From contig CAVQJX010000016.1 of assembly GCA_963712935.1 (NCBI GenBank), forward strand, positions 14,350 to 78,349: a stretch of 64,000 bases of DNA, written 5' to 3'. Below the pieces are notes generated by a model. The model saw nothing but the letters and a program-made list of their open reading frames with translations, searched no databases and was not told the DNA's origin. Origin of the DNA: an uncultured Actinomycetota bacterium (GTDB lineage: Bacteria; Actinomycetota; Actinomycetes; Propionibacteriales; Nocardioidaceae). Each line of letters starts with the position of its first letter. Position 1 is the first letter of the stretch. Shown one piece after another: positions 1 through 10,749 of the stretch. The translations under genes were made by a program, and so were the position numbers.

Positions 1-2
1 CG

Positions 3-773
3 GTCGCTGAGGGCCAGGATCTCGCCGCCAGATATGTGGAGATCATCTTCGCCACCGGCCCTCACGACGGCGACGTCTCCGAAGTGGGCCTGTCCTGGTC
101 CTTCACCTCGCCGACCGACCAGGTGGTGCTGTCCGGACCCGACGGACTCGTGACCGGGCGACTGGGGGACGACAGCACGACATCGATCTCCCTCGACGCC
201 GCCACGACCGTCCGCTCGTTCTTCGTCACCGGCCTCGATCACGTGCGATCCGGCCTCGACCACCTGCTCTTCCTCGTGGTCCTCACGTTCGCCGTGGTGG
301 GCTCCACGATCTCCCGCACCACCACCTGGCGGGTCCTCAAGCTCGTCACCGCGTTCACCATCGGCCACGCGACGAGTCTCTGCCTCGCCTACTTCGACAT
401 CGTCTCGATCCCCGCGCAGTGGGTGGAACCAGCGATCTCGCTGTCCATCGTCGCCGCCGCAGTGCTCGCCCTGCGCGGCAAGGGCGACACCATCCGGCCG
501 TGGATCGCCGCGGCCGTCGGACTCGTGCACGGACTGGGGTTCGCCACGAGCCTGGACGACCTTGGCCTGGCCACCACCCACCAGGTCGGTGCGCTGGTGG
601 CCTTCAACGTGGGCATCGACGTCGCTCAGACCGTCGTGGTGCTGCTGGTGACCGGGGCGATCTGGGCAGGCAGCAAGATTCTCGCCGAACGCCGCCACTG
701 GGCCCGCATCGTGGTCTGTGGCAGCGCCGGACTCGTCGGCCTGACCTGGACCGCCTCCCGGCTGGCCATCTGA
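3..773 (+). CDS. HupE/UreJ family metal transporter-like membrane protein, 5' end beyond window
   Basis: The frame of ORF 36..773 stays open back to nt 3. Has the motif GLDHVRSGLDHLLFLVVL and several hydrophobic helices with conserved His/Asp, as in HupE/UreJ. Confidence 0.6.
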   Translation, partial: VAEGQDLAARYVEIIFATGPHDGDVSEVGLSWSFTSPTDQVVLSGPDGLVTGRLGDDSTTSISLDAATTVRSFFVTGLDHVRSGLDHLLFLVVLTFAVVGSTISRTTTWRVLKLVTAFTIGHATSLCLAYFDIVSIPAQWVEPAISLSIVAAAVLALRGKGDTIRPWIAAAVGLVHGLGFATSLDDLGLATTHQVGALVAFNVGIDVAQTVVVLLVTGAIWAGSKILAERRHWARIVVCGSAGLVGLTWTASRLAI

Positions 774-858
774 CAGAGCCAGGTGCTCCGAGGCGTAGGA
801 ACGTGGAGCCGCTGGTCGCCCGAGTCGGCCCAACCCGCCGCCAGTGCGCCGGTCGGTT

Positions 859-1965
859 TCAGCAGCTGATCCGACTTCCCGGCACGGTGATGTCTTCGAG
901 GATCTCGGGGATGGGCTCGACGCCGAGACCCGGATCTCGGGGCACGTCCAATCCGCCGTTGCGGAGGTGGAAGGGCTCGGTGAGGTCGGTGGCGAAGAAG
1001 CGAGCTGACGCTGACACGTCTCCCGGAAGCGTGAAGCCCGGGAGAGCCGCGAGCGCGACGTTGGCCGCACGTCCGAGGCCGGTCTCGAGCATGCCGCCAC
1101 ACCAGACGGCGACACCATGGGCCAGGCACACGTCGTGAATGCGACGAGCCTCGAGGTAGCCACCGACCCGCCCGGCCTTGATGTTGACCACACTGCATGC
1201 TCCCAAGCGGATGGCGGCGGCAGCGGTGGACGCCGAGACGATCGACTCATCGAGACAGATGGGGGTTCGCACAGCGCGGGCGAGGTCCGCATGCCCGACG
1301 ATGTCCTCCTCGTCGAGTGGTTGCTCGATGAGAAGCAAATCAAAGTCGTCCAGCCTGCGCAGGTGAGGGGCATCGGCCAGTGAGTACGCCGTGTTGGCGT
1401 CGACCTGGAGCAGCAGCTCATCGCCGAACGCTTGCCGCACCGCCCGCACCGGCTCCACGTCCCAACCCGGCTCGATCTTCAGCTTGATCCGGACGTAGCC
1501 TTCTGAAAGGTAGCCACCGACCGTGTCGAGGAGCATCGGGATCGAGCTCATGATGCCCACCGAGACCCCGCTCGGAACGTGGTCGTGCACCGCCCCGAGA
1601 GCGTCGGCGAACCGCACGCCCTGCGATCGCAGCTCAGCGTCCATGACCGCCATCTCCAGTGCCGCCTTGGCCATCCGGTGACCCTTGAACACCGAGAGCC
1701 GCGACTGGACGGCCGACGCGGTCACCTCGTCGTCGCTGCGCAAGGCCGGGACGAGGAAGTGCCTCAGGGCGTATTCGGCTCCCTGGGTGTGCTCGGAGCT
1801 GTATCTCGGCTCATCGGAGGCAACGCACTCGCCCCACCCCACGGAGTCCGGGCCTTGGACCCGGACCAGGAGCACCTCGCGTTCGGTATCGATCCCCAAG
1901 GAGGTGCGAAACGGCGTCACCAGCGGCATCCGCACCCGGATCAGCTCGACGGACTCGATCCTCAT
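859..1965 (-). CDS. N-acylamino acid racemase / o-succinylbenzoate synthase (enolase superfamily, NSAR/OSBS type)
   Basis: 368 aa. Resembles the Amycolatopsis NAAAR type along its length: MPLVTPFRTS, KGHRMAK, YVRIKLKIEPGWDVEPVRAVR, LLQVDANTAY, LLLIEQPL, ICLDESI, NIKAGRVGG, WCGGMLETGLGRAAN. Confidence 0.85.
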   Translation of the reverse strand: MRIESVELIRVRMPLVTPFRTSLGIDTEREVLLVRVQGPDSVGWGECVASDEPRYSSEHTQGAEYALRHFLVPALRSDDEVTASAVQSRLSVFKGHRMAKAALEMAVMDAELRSQGVRFADALGAVHDHVPSGVSVGIMSSIPMLLDTVGGYLSEGYVRIKLKIEPGWDVEPVRAVRQAFGDELLLQVDANTAYSLADAPHLRRLDDFDLLLIEQPLDEEDIVGHADLARAVRTPICLDESIVSASTAAAAIRLGACSVVNIKAGRVGGYLEARRIHDVCLAHGVAVWCGGMLETGLGRAANVALAALPGFTLPGDVSASARFFATDLTEPFHLRNGGLDVPRDPGLGVEPIPEILEDITVPGSRISC

Positions 1966-2939
1966 CGTGCAGGCGTTTTCACGACGTACTCACCATTGGC
2001 TCGATCGAAGTCGACGATCTGCGCTCCGTCTTCCGACAGCCGCATGAAGACCGCTCGAGTTGCTGCCCGCCACTCCTGGGCGAGACCTGGACGGGTGCGG
2101 CGAAGATCCTCGATGCTGGGCGGGATGGCGACGGTCACCACCTCGGCACCGACGGGATTGACGACGTGCGGCGCCTGGTCGGCATCGATCGTGAGCGCGG
2201 CGACGGTCGCGACGCCCGCCGTGTGGTCGACAGGAGACGCCTGGTCACATCTGCTCTGAACGTCCGGGCTGGCGAGGTCCCAGTGCACGAGGAACCTGTC
2301 TGATTCGTCGACGCCGTTGAGCTGATCGACCAGGGTGCCGTAGAAGTTCACGCGGTAGGACACCGGCCGTGCACCGAGCTTGTGGAGGTTGAGGTGCGCG
2401 TTGCGGGCGGTCAGGGGGTCGAACGTCCACGTGACGGTGTCGACGGAGTTCTCCAGCGCGTGCGCCCGCTGGTCCAGCTTCAGGCTGTACCCCACGAGGC
2501 GTCCCCGGTGCGCGGAAGCAACCCCGGCCAGGTGGCTGTGCATCCTCCGGTCGTCCGGCCTGGACCAGAACCCCACGCAGGCACCCAGGAGAACTCCCTT
2601 GTCGAACGCCCCCGCGGCGTAGCAGCTTCCGGTGTCGACGAGAGCATGGAGCAGATCGTGGTCCATGGGTGGCACGCCGTTGGCCGGCTGCCACACGTCA
2701 CTGAACAGGGTCTCGGCAGCGCGCAGGTTCTCCAGTGAATCCAGCGCTCGAACGACGATCCCGCCCTGGTCAGCCGCTCGCTGGGCACTCGCCCGAGCCG
2801 CGACCACGACAGCAACGCGGGCCGGATCGGCAGCGATGGGGATGACGGAGTCCGGCACCCCTCGAACTGTGCCGGTCGGGCTCCCGCAAGGCTTCGTCGG
2901 GCCCGACGAGAAACGAACCTGACTCTCGTCCCGGTGCAC
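1962..2939 (-). CDS. GNAT-fold acyltransferase (COG3375-like), true start probably downstream of 2939
   Basis: 4-nt stop/start overlap with the racemase gene. Core segment HLAGVASAHRGRLVGYSLKLDQRAHAL...TWTFDPL..NAHLNLHKLG is typical of the GNAT family found beside NSAR genes. The N-terminal 40-50 codons look non-coding. Confidence 0.6.
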   Translation of the reverse strand: MHRDESQVRFSSGPTKPCGSPTGTVRGVPDSVIPIAADPARVAVVVAARASAQRAADQGGIVVRALDSLENLRAAETLFSDVWQPANGVPPMDHDLLHALVDTGSCYAAGAFDKGVLLGACVGFWSRPDDRRMHSHLAGVASAHRGRLVGYSLKLDQRAHALENSVDTVTWTFDPLTARNAHLNLHKLGARPVSYRVNFYGTLVDQLNGVDESDRFLVHWDLASPDVQSRCDQASPVDHTAGVATVAALTIDADQAPHVVNPVGAEVVTVAIPPSIEDLRRTRPGLAQEWRAATRAVFMRLSEDGAQIVDFDRANGEYVVKTPAR

Positions 2940-2956
2940 AGGTCACCCCGCGCCGA

Positions 2957-4615
2957 CTAGCGACGGGCGCCAGGTCCACGCACGAATCGACCCGGCTGCG
3001 TGCCCGTGTGTGACCCGTCCCGCAGGACTGGTGCGCCGTTGACCAGGACGTGCATCACGCCGGTGGCGTACCTGTAGGGCTGCTGGGGAGTGGCGTGATC
3101 GGCAATCGACTCGGGCTCGAACGCCACGATGTCGGCGACATACCCGACCTTGACCAGGCCACGGTCCCGCAGGCCGAGGTTGGCCGCGGGAAGGCTCGTC
3201 ATGCGTCGGATTGCTTCGGGCAGGGACAGTACTTGCTCGTCTCGCACGAGGTGCCCCAGCACGCGGGCGAACGAACCAAAAGCCCGGGGATGGATGCCGC
3301 CGCGTTTCATCGCTACCTCGGAGGAGAGCGACTCCGCGTCTGAGCAGAAGCTGACCCAGGGCTGTTGCGCGACCAGGCGGACGTCGTCGCGCTCAATGTC
3401 GCAGAACAGGGCGAAGACATCGCCGCGATTACGCAGTGCGAGGTCCATGGCGATATCGGCCGGCACACTCTCGTACCGGCGGGCGAGGTCGGCGAGCGTG
3501 CAGCCTGCCCAATCCGCGAACTCCGGTTCGAGCGGACCGGAAACCAGGATGTTCTCGGGTCCGGCATCGAGGAACGGGTTCTCCCAGTGCGTACTCCTCA
3601 GATCGGCGCGAATCCGCTCTCGCGCCGATGGCTCGGCAAGACGTGCACGCAGCGCGTCCGGGCCGCCCGCATGCGCCCAAGGTGGAAAGCAGGTGGTGAG
3701 GGACGTTCCCGAGCATTCGTAGGGATAGACGTCCGCTGTGATCGCCAGGCCGTTGGCGCGGGCTTCTTTGATCAGATCGATCGCCGCAGGGAGCTTGTGC
3801 CAGTTGCGGCTACCTGCTGCCTTGAAGTGATAGATCTCTGCCCGCACCTGCGCGAGACGTGCGATGTCGATCAGCTCCCGCACCGCATCGAGCAGGCCGG
3901 AACCTTCGCTGCGTATGTGAGAGGCGTACATCCCGCCGTATGCGCCGGCGACGCTCGCGAGCGCGACGAGCTCTTCGGTTCGGTAGGAAGTCTCCGGTGG
4001 GTAGATCAGCGCCGACGCAACCCCGAGCGCGCCGTCGGTCATCTCGCGTTCGAGGAGACCGCACATGGCCCGGAGTTCATCCGGGCTCGCTGCGCGGTCC
4101 TCGAAGCCCACCTCGTGGACGCGCAACGTTCCCGCACCGACGAACGACGCGACGTTGGGGGTCACACCGCGCGACTCGAGCCACGTCAGGTACTCGCCGA
4201 GGGTGCGCCAGGTTACGGGATACCGGTAGCCGCCGACGGTGTCCGCGATCCCGTGGGCTTCCATCGCCACGCGCATCGACTCGTTGAGCGGTCCCATGGA
4301 GGTGCCCTCGCCCATCACCTCCAGGGTGACACCCTGCTGCACGTCGCTCATCGATCTGCCGTCCTCGATGAGGGTTTCCGGTGCCCAGCTCATCATGTTG
4401 ATGAAGCCCGGAGACACGACAAGGCCCCCGACGTCGATCTCGTCTTTCCCACCGTCGGCCACCCGTGGGGCAAGCGCAACGATCGTGTCGCCGGTGATCG
4501 CCACATCTCCGGTCCACGGCTGGTTGCCGCTCCCGTCGTGGATCGTCCCGCCGCGCAGCACGATGTCGTAAGCGGCCACGCGACAAGAGTGCCATTGCGA
4601 GCGGAGCGCAGACAT
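2957..4615 (-). CDS. N-acyl-D-amino-acid deacylase (D-aminoacylase) family amidohydrolase
   Basis: 552 aa. N-terminal signature YDIVLRGGTIHDGSGNQPWTGDVAITGDTIVAL...VVSPGFINMMSW and the length are typical of D-aminoacylases. Confidence 0.8.
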   Translation of the reverse strand: MSALRSQWHSCRVAAYDIVLRGGTIHDGSGNQPWTGDVAITGDTIVALAPRVADGGKDEIDVGGLVVSPGFINMMSWAPETLIEDGRSMSDVQQGVTLEVMGEGTSMGPLNESMRVAMEAHGIADTVGGYRYPVTWRTLGEYLTWLESRGVTPNVASFVGAGTLRVHEVGFEDRAASPDELRAMCGLLEREMTDGALGVASALIYPPETSYRTEELVALASVAGAYGGMYASHIRSEGSGLLDAVRELIDIARLAQVRAEIYHFKAAGSRNWHKLPAAIDLIKEARANGLAITADVYPYECSGTSLTTCFPPWAHAGGPDALRARLAEPSARERIRADLRSTHWENPFLDAGPENILVSGPLEPEFADWAGCTLADLARRYESVPADIAMDLALRNRGDVFALFCDIERDDVRLVAQQPWVSFCSDAESLSSEVAMKRGGIHPRAFGSFARVLGHLVRDEQVLSLPEAIRRMTSLPAANLGLRDRGLVKVGYVADIVAFEPESIADHATPQQPYRYATGVMHVLVNGAPVLRDGSHTGTQPGRFVRGPGARR

Positions 4616-4693
4616 GTCCTCGCGGACACAATCTTGGCCAGACGCCTTGTCGCTTGGAACAACGCGTCTCGCTTGACGTGGAACCAGATGTGC

Positions 4694-6301
4694 TCAGTTG
4701 TGCGGGCGGTGTTGTTCCAGCCGGAGCTGGAGCCACATCGACAGCCTGACGTCGGGATCCTCCAGGTCCAGCCCGAAGCGCTCCTGTGCCCGGCGCAGCC
4801 GGTAGCGCAGCGTGTTCGCGTGGACTTGAAGTCGCGTCGCTGCGGCGCCGACATCGCCCTGGCAGTCCAGCCAGACCTGCATCGAACGGGCATAGGTCGT
4901 GCCGTGTTCCCGGTCGTGGTCGGACATCTCCTGGATGCCGGGATGCCGCAGACGCGGGTCGGAGGCGAGCTCGCGCGCCACGCGGTCGAGCAGGATCCGT
5001 GAGTGGACGTCGGCAACGGTGGCCACCGCGGGGGCCCGATCGTCGCTCGCGGCAGCTCGCAGAACGGCGTCCGTTTCTGCCCTGAGTGCGGGAAGGTCCC
5101 GAACATCGCGGGTCACGGCACTGACCGCAGCCCGCACCGTCGAACCGCTCGCCTGCGTCAAGCTACGCAGTGCCCCGCCGGCAAGTCGGTGCGCAGCTTC
5201 GCCGGACCCGGGTACGAGCACGTAGACGCCACGGGTCGTCGTTGTCGTCACCGCTTCCGGGCGGTAGGCGAGAACGTATCGCGCCGCCGCCACGCCGAGG
5301 CGGGTGAGCAGAGGACCCTGCTGATCGGTGTCGTGGGACGCAAACGCGATCAGCGAGATCTCCGACCCGGCGGTCAGCCCGAGCTTCTCGTCGGCATCGT
5401 CGATCGGTCGCCCACCGGCCAGCACCGAGCGCAGGACCTCGCCCCGGAGGCGCTGCTCGCGCTCGGTGAGATCCTGGCCGCGCAACATGTGCATCGCTGC
5501 GATCCGGGCGGCTTCGAGCAGTGCCTGTTCACCGGCCGGATCGAGACCCCGCTCGTCCTCGATCGCCCAGATCGTCCCGAGCGGCATGTCGCCCGCACGG
5601 ATGGCCACCGCCGCTCGTGGGAACTCCTCCTCGAGCGCCGGAAAGCGAGACACTCCGGAGTCTCTGAGGACCTGCAGGTACTGAGCACGGTGATGCGGGT
5701 AGTCGGGCACTTGCCTGTCCAGAATTCCCCGCTCGCGCAGCGGATCGATGCGCTGGCCCTCGATCGAGGAGTAGGCGAGCACGTGCTGTTCGAGGTCCTC
5801 GATGGCGACCGATCCACCGATGGTCCCCCCCAGAGCGTTTGCGAGCACGAACAGTGCCTCGCCCCCGCTGGTCGTGAGCCCCGCGGACAGTCGTCGGGCT
5901 CCGAGCACGGACACCAGCAACCCGTCCAGGTGACGCCATGGCAGGTCGTCCGCGGTCTCCAGGATGGCCAAGTCGTGCAGCGAGGCCTCGGCGACCAGGG
6001 CCGAGGGATCGCCGCCGCGCGTCTTGATCACCGCCGCCACGTGGCCGTGCTCGGCGGCGTCCCGGACGATCACGGGAGCCTCCGAAGAGTCGGCCCGGGT
6101 CCCGACCAGCAGCAGCACCCGACCTTCCCCGTCCGGCATCGGGTCGGCAGGGTCATAGATCGAGGTCCCGGTGACTTCGAGGTCAAGGCCCGCCGGCGCC
6201 ACCAGTGCATGGAGCAGGTCGACACCCAAGGCGTCGAGGATTGTCCGGAGGGTCGCCGCCCCGGTGGTGGCGCCCTCATTGGTGTGATCGACCAATGTCA
6301 C
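4694..6301 (-). CDS. PucR family transcriptional regulator
   Basis: 535 aa. C-terminal PucR-type HTH (LQVHANTLRYRLRRAQERFGLDL). Divergent from the second aminoacylase/ABC operon. Confidence 0.8.
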   Translation of the reverse strand: MTLVDHTNEGATTGAATLRTILDALGVDLLHALVAPAGLDLEVTGTSIYDPADPMPDGEGRVLLLVGTRADSSEAPVIVRDAAEHGHVAAVIKTRGGDPSALVAEASLHDLAILETADDLPWRHLDGLLVSVLGARRLSAGLTTSGGEALFVLANALGGTIGGSVAIEDLEQHVLAYSSIEGQRIDPLRERGILDRQVPDYPHHRAQYLQVLRDSGVSRFPALEEEFPRAAVAIRAGDMPLGTIWAIEDERGLDPAGEQALLEAARIAAMHMLRGQDLTEREQRLRGEVLRSVLAGGRPIDDADEKLGLTAGSEISLIAFASHDTDQQGPLLTRLGVAAARYVLAYRPEAVTTTTTRGVYVLVPGSGEAAHRLAGGALRSLTQASGSTVRAAVSAVTRDVRDLPALRAETDAVLRAAASDDRAPAVATVADVHSRILLDRVARELASDPRLRHPGIQEMSDHDREHGTTYARSMQVWLDCQGDVGAAATRLQVHANTLRYRLRRAQERFGLDLEDPDVRLSMWLQLRLEQHRPHN

Positions 6302-6339
6302 GATCGAACATTAGGGGGATCGCCAGTAGTGCACAACGC

Positions 6340-7878
6340 ATGGTGGCCGCCACGATGCCTAGGGTGGAACACGATCGTGGGTCACGAGATGACCTGACCA
6401 GGATCGACCTGGCCCTCGTCGGTGGTCGCGTCATCGACCCGGAGTCCGGCCTGGACGCGTCCACCGACGTTGGGGTGTCCGGCACGCAGATCACCCACGT
6501 GGGTGCGCCGCTCCCGCCGGCTCGTCGAACCATCGATTGCGCTGGGCTCGTGGTCGCCCCTGGGTTCATCGATCTGCACTCACACGCGCAGTCGCTCATG
6601 GGGGCCCGGTTGCAGGCACTCGACGGGGTTGCCACCGCGGTCGACCTGGAGTGCGGAGTGCTGTCGGTCGGGGCGTGGTACGAGCTCATGGCCGCCCAGG
6701 GCCGGCCCATCAACTACGGCTACTCGGCGTCGTGGGCGACCGCTCGGGCGCACGCCTTGCTCGGCGCAAGCATCACCCCCGGGACCCACGGGACCGGGTT
6801 CGACACCTTCGCGGCCCTCGTTCGAATGCCGTCGTGGCAGCGTCCGATCGACGATGGCGAGATCGCCCGCGTCCTCGAACTACTCGGACAGGAGCTCGGT
6901 CAGGGTGCGCTCGGGATCGGAACGCTGCTCGGCTACCTGCCGGATTCCAGTCCCGACGAGCTCCTGGGCATCGCCGGCCTCGCAGCTCGATCGGGGACGG
7001 CCGCCATCGTGCACAGCCGATCCTCAGCCCGAGAAGGACCGATGACTGCCCTGGACTCCGCGATGGAGCTCATCGACGCGGCCGAGGGGACCGGCGCACA
7101 CGTCCACCTGTGCCACGTGAACAGCACCTCGTCGAGCTGGATGAACGAGATCATCGAGGCGATCGAGAACGCTCGCGCCCGTGGCGTACGGATCACCACC
7201 GAGGCCTATCCCTATGAACGCGGATCCACGGTCATCGGTGCGGCGTTCCTGTCCCCCGAGGAGCTTCGGCGCGAGGGCCGTGGCCCGAGCTCGCTGATCT
7301 ACGCCGCGACCGGCGTGACGGTCCGGGACGAGGCCCAGCTCGAGGACCTCCGAGCACGCGACCCCGGGGGGATTGTCATGACCCTGACCCAGGACCTGGC
7401 CGACAGCCACGAAGCTGCTCTCCTGGACCGGGCCTTGACGATCCCCGGCGCCGCGTTCGCGAGCGACGCCATGCCGGTGGCCGTACCCGCCCTCCTGGAG
7501 GACCAGTGGCCGCCGCCCACCCGCGCACTGGTGCACCCGCGAAGCGCCGGCTGCTTCTCACGCGTGTTCGGCTCCCTGGTGCGCGAGCGGGGTCTGCTCA
7601 GCCTCCCGGACGCTGTGCGACGTTGCACCCTGGTGCCGGCCGACATCCTCGCGGCCACCGCACCGGCCATGCGAGCGAAGGGCCGGATCCGGGTCGGAGC
7701 TGACGCCGACATCGTGGCCTTCGACCCGGACGTGATCACCGATCGCGCCACGTACACACATCTCGAAGCCTCATCCGGCGTCCAGCACCTGCTGGTCGCG
7801 GGAACTGCCGTCGTGGCCCGGGGCGAGCTCCTGCTCGGCGCCCTGCCGGGTCGGGCCATCGTGGGAAGGCGCGGTTAG
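6340..7878 (+). CDS. D-aminoacylase-family amidohydrolase (second copy)
   Basis: ATG at 6340 inside ORF 6205..7878. Has IDLALVGGRVIDPESG...VVAPGFIDLHSH and CHVNSTS, and the length is typical of the family. Confidence 0.75.
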   Translation: MVAATMPRVEHDRGSRDDLTRIDLALVGGRVIDPESGLDASTDVGVSGTQITHVGAPLPPARRTIDCAGLVVAPGFIDLHSHAQSLMGARLQALDGVATAVDLECGVLSVGAWYELMAAQGRPINYGYSASWATARAHALLGASITPGTHGTGFDTFAALVRMPSWQRPIDDGEIARVLELLGQELGQGALGIGTLLGYLPDSSPDELLGIAGLAARSGTAAIVHSRSSAREGPMTALDSAMELIDAAEGTGAHVHLCHVNSTSSSWMNEIIEAIENARARGVRITTEAYPYERGSTVIGAAFLSPEELRREGRGPSSLIYAATGVTVRDEAQLEDLRARDPGGIVMTLTQDLADSHEAALLDRALTIPGAAFASDAMPVAVPALLEDQWPPPTRALVHPRSAGCFSRVFGSLVRERGLLSLPDAVRRCTLVPADILAATAPAMRAKGRIRVGADADIVAFDPDVITDRATYTHLEASSGVQHLLVAGTAVVARGELLLGALPGRAIVGRRG

Positions 7879-8066
7879 CGCGACGCGCACGAGGGGCTCC
7901 GGCATCGACGACAGGACCTCCTTGTCGAATCGTACGAACAACCGGTGCCGACCTGTGTCCGGACCACGATGATTCGTCTGCACCTGCGGGAACAGGATGT
8001 GACCCAGACGTCTCGGGTGTCGGCATCAGGCCAACGACCCGGTGGGCACACGTGAGGAGAACCCAG

Positions 8067-9704
8067 ATGCGAGCCGGTGGTTTCCGAACAGGTCTGGTGG
8101 CACTCGTCGCCGCGTTGCTCCTCGGTGCCTGCTCGAGCGGGGGTGGCTCGCAGAACACGGCCAAGACCAGCGACATCCTGCGGATCGGCAGCAGCGACAC
8201 GATCGACTCGCTGAACCCGTTCGTAGGCTTCAACTCGCTCGACTACTCGACCTGGCAGATCACCTATCCGTACCTGGTCATGTACGACGCAGACCTCTCT
8301 TTCACCCCCTACTTCGCAACAGACTGGTCCACCAGCAGCGACGGCAAGGTATGGACCTTCCACACCACGCCGGGCGCCACCTGGTCCGACGGCGAGGCCC
8401 TGAACGCGCAGGACGTTGCGTGGACCTTCAACACGCTGGTCAAGTACCAGGACCAGGGGGCTGGAAACTGGGCAAGCACGGTTTCGCACCTCACCAAGGT
8501 CGAGGCCACCGACGACAACACGGTGCTGTTCACCTACCGGGAGCCGGTGGCGAACGTCTTGTCGCAGCTGCAGCAGGTGCCCATCCTGCCCGAGCAGTTC
8601 TGGACGAAGAATGCGCCGGACGGCAAGTTCAAGGCCGTCAACATGAGCACACCAGTGATTTCCGGTGGGCCCTTCATCGTGCAGTCCTACAAGAAGAACA
8701 CCAGTGCTGTGCTGCGGGCCAACCCCACCTTCTGGGGTCAGGCTCCTCATGTTGCGGGCATCAGTCTGAGCATGTTCACCGACAACGACGCGATGATCGC
8801 CGCGCTGCAGAACCACGAGATCGACCTCGTCGACACACTTCCGGCCGGCGGCATCAAGCCCGTCGAACAGGCCGGCTTCGCCGTGCAGCAGACACCTTCA
8901 CCGGCGTTCTCGGACTTCATCTTCAACTCCAATCCGAAGAAGCCCGACAACCGTGAGCTGCTTGATCCGAAGGTGCGGGAGGCTTTCGCCGCTTCGTTCG
9001 ACTTGCCTCAGATGAACGACACGGTGTGGCTCGGCACGGCCAAGCTCGGAGTCACGATCGTGCCGCCGGCGACGGGCAAGTGGTCCGATCCGTCGTTGCA
9101 CGCTTCGACCTACGACCCAGCCCACGCTAACGAGATCCTCGACAGCCTCGGCTACGCCAAGGCGGCTGACGGCATCCGTGAAGCGAATGACCACCGCATG
9201 AGCTACGAGATCATCGTGCCCAGCAACATCGACGATGGCGACCGGATGTTCGCACTGGTCAAGGGTTGGCTCAAGGCAATCGGGGTCGAGGTGACCGAGA
9301 AGAAGGTGGACAGCTCGACCGCATTCGAGCTGACCACGGCACCCGACGGCAAGTACCTGGATTTCGACCTGTCGATGTGGACCTGGGGGATGCTGGTCGA
9401 TCCGGACTTCGCACTGTCTGTGCCGCTGTGCAGCCAGTACGGCGACTGGAACGACACCGGCTACTGCAACCCGGACTATGACGCGCTGTACGACCTGCAG
9501 GGCACCCAGGTCAAAGAGAGCCAGCGGTTGGCCACGGTGTACAAGATGCAACAGATCCTGGCTCATGACCTGCCCTACATCGTGCTGGGTTACAAGAACA
9601 CCATCACCGCCTACGACAAGAGCTGGGCGGGCTTCGCATTCACGATCTACGGCCCCTACAACGCGTTGTCCATCACTTCCATGGTCAACGCGCACCGGAT
9701 CTGA
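8067..9704 (+). CDS. ABC transporter substrate-binding lipoprotein, peptide/nickel (family 5, DppA-like)
   Basis: ATG at 8067 preceded by GAGGAGA. Lipobox LLLGAC. About 545 aa, typical of SBP_bac_5. Confidence 0.8.
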   Translation: MRAGGFRTGLVALVAALLLGACSSGGGSQNTAKTSDILRIGSSDTIDSLNPFVGFNSLDYSTWQITYPYLVMYDADLSFTPYFATDWSTSSDGKVWTFHTTPGATWSDGEALNAQDVAWTFNTLVKYQDQGAGNWASTVSHLTKVEATDDNTVLFTYREPVANVLSQLQQVPILPEQFWTKNAPDGKFKAVNMSTPVISGGPFIVQSYKKNTSAVLRANPTFWGQAPHVAGISLSMFTDNDAMIAALQNHEIDLVDTLPAGGIKPVEQAGFAVQQTPSPAFSDFIFNSNPKKPDNRELLDPKVREAFAASFDLPQMNDTVWLGTAKLGVTIVPPATGKWSDPSLHASTYDPAHANEILDSLGYAKAADGIREANDHRMSYEIIVPSNIDDGDRMFALVKGWLKAIGVEVTEKKVDSSTAFELTTAPDGKYLDFDLSMWTWGMLVDPDFALSVPLCSQYGDWNDTGYCNPDYDALYDLQGTQVKESQRLATVYKMQQILAHDLPYIVLGYKNTITAYDKSWAGFAFTIYGPYNALSITSMVNAHRI

Positions 9705-9756
9705 CAGCGAGAGCCAGGGGCTCAGCCGCCTTGACAACGACAGTGAAGGGAGTCCG

Positions 9757-10749
9757 ATGCGCCAGTCGCGGTACGTGATCCACCGCGTCGGGTTCGCGGC
9801 GCTGACCATCTTCGTAGCCGTGACCTTCAACTTCTTGTTGCTGCGACTCATGCCCGGCGACCCCACCAGCCGCTTGGCGCGCATCCCCAACGCGACCGAG
9901 CAGACCCGGCACCAGATCATCGAACAGTTCGGACTGGACAAGCCGTTGTGGGAGCAGTACCTCATCTACCTGCGAGAGCTGGCGCACCTGAATCTCGGGC
10001 TCTCGTTTCAGGACCAGCAGCCCGTCATGGGCCACTTGCTCGACGCGCTGGCCGCCACCCTGCCGATGGTCACGCTGGGAACCGTCATCGCCATCGTGCT
10101 CGGTCTCATCACCGGCCCGCTCGCCGCCTGGTGGCGTGGGAATGTGATCGAAAAGGTCACGACGTTCTTGTCAATGCTCTTCTACTCGCTGCCCACGCAA
10201 TGGCTCGGCTTGATGTTCATCTACATCTTCTCCGTCGGATTGGGATGGTTTCCGTCGTCAGGGATGCATGACCCCGGCCTCGCGGCAGCGGAGCAGATCG
10301 GGATCCCTGTGTCGTGGCACGAGCAGCTCAGCGACACGGCCATGCACATGATCCTTCCGTCGACGACCCTGGCGCTCGTGCTGTTCGGGGAGTACACGCT
10401 CGTGATGCGGTCCGCTCTGCTCGAGACTTTCGGCGAGGACTTCATCTTGACCGCGAAGGCGAAGGGCCTGCGACCAACTGCCGTGCTGGTCAAGCATGCA
10501 TTCCGCAATGCGCTGCTTCCCCTGGTCACCCTGGTCGCCCTCTCCTTCGGGTTCATCGCGGGTGGCTCGATCCTGATCGAGACGGTTTTCTCGTGGCCGG
10601 GCATCGGCCTCCTGAGCTATGACGCGATCCTGGCGAGGGACTACCCCCTGATCCAGGGCGCCTTCCTCGTCATCACGGCTTCGGTCGTGCTCTGCAACCT
10701 GCTGGCCGACCTGGTGTACGTGAAGCTCGATCCCCGGATCACCCAATGA
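9757..10749 (+). CDS. ABC transporter permease (DppB-like)
   Basis: ATG at 9757 after GAAGGGA. N-terminus YVIHRVGFAALTIFVAVTFNFLLLRLMPGDP and the EAA-like loop are typical. Confidence 0.85.
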   Translation: MRQSRYVIHRVGFAALTIFVAVTFNFLLLRLMPGDPTSRLARIPNATEQTRHQIIEQFGLDKPLWEQYLIYLRELAHLNLGLSFQDQQPVMGHLLDALAATLPMVTLGTVIAIVLGLITGPLAAWWRGNVIEKVTTFLSMLFYSLPTQWLGLMFIYIFSVGLGWFPSSGMHDPGLAAAEQIGIPVSWHEQLSDTAMHMILPSTTLALVLFGEYTLVMRSALLETFGEDFILTAKAKGLRPTAVLVKHAFRNALLPLVTLVALSFGFIAGGSILIETVFSWPGIGLLSYDAILARDYPLIQGAFLVITASVVLCNLLADLVYVKLDPRITQ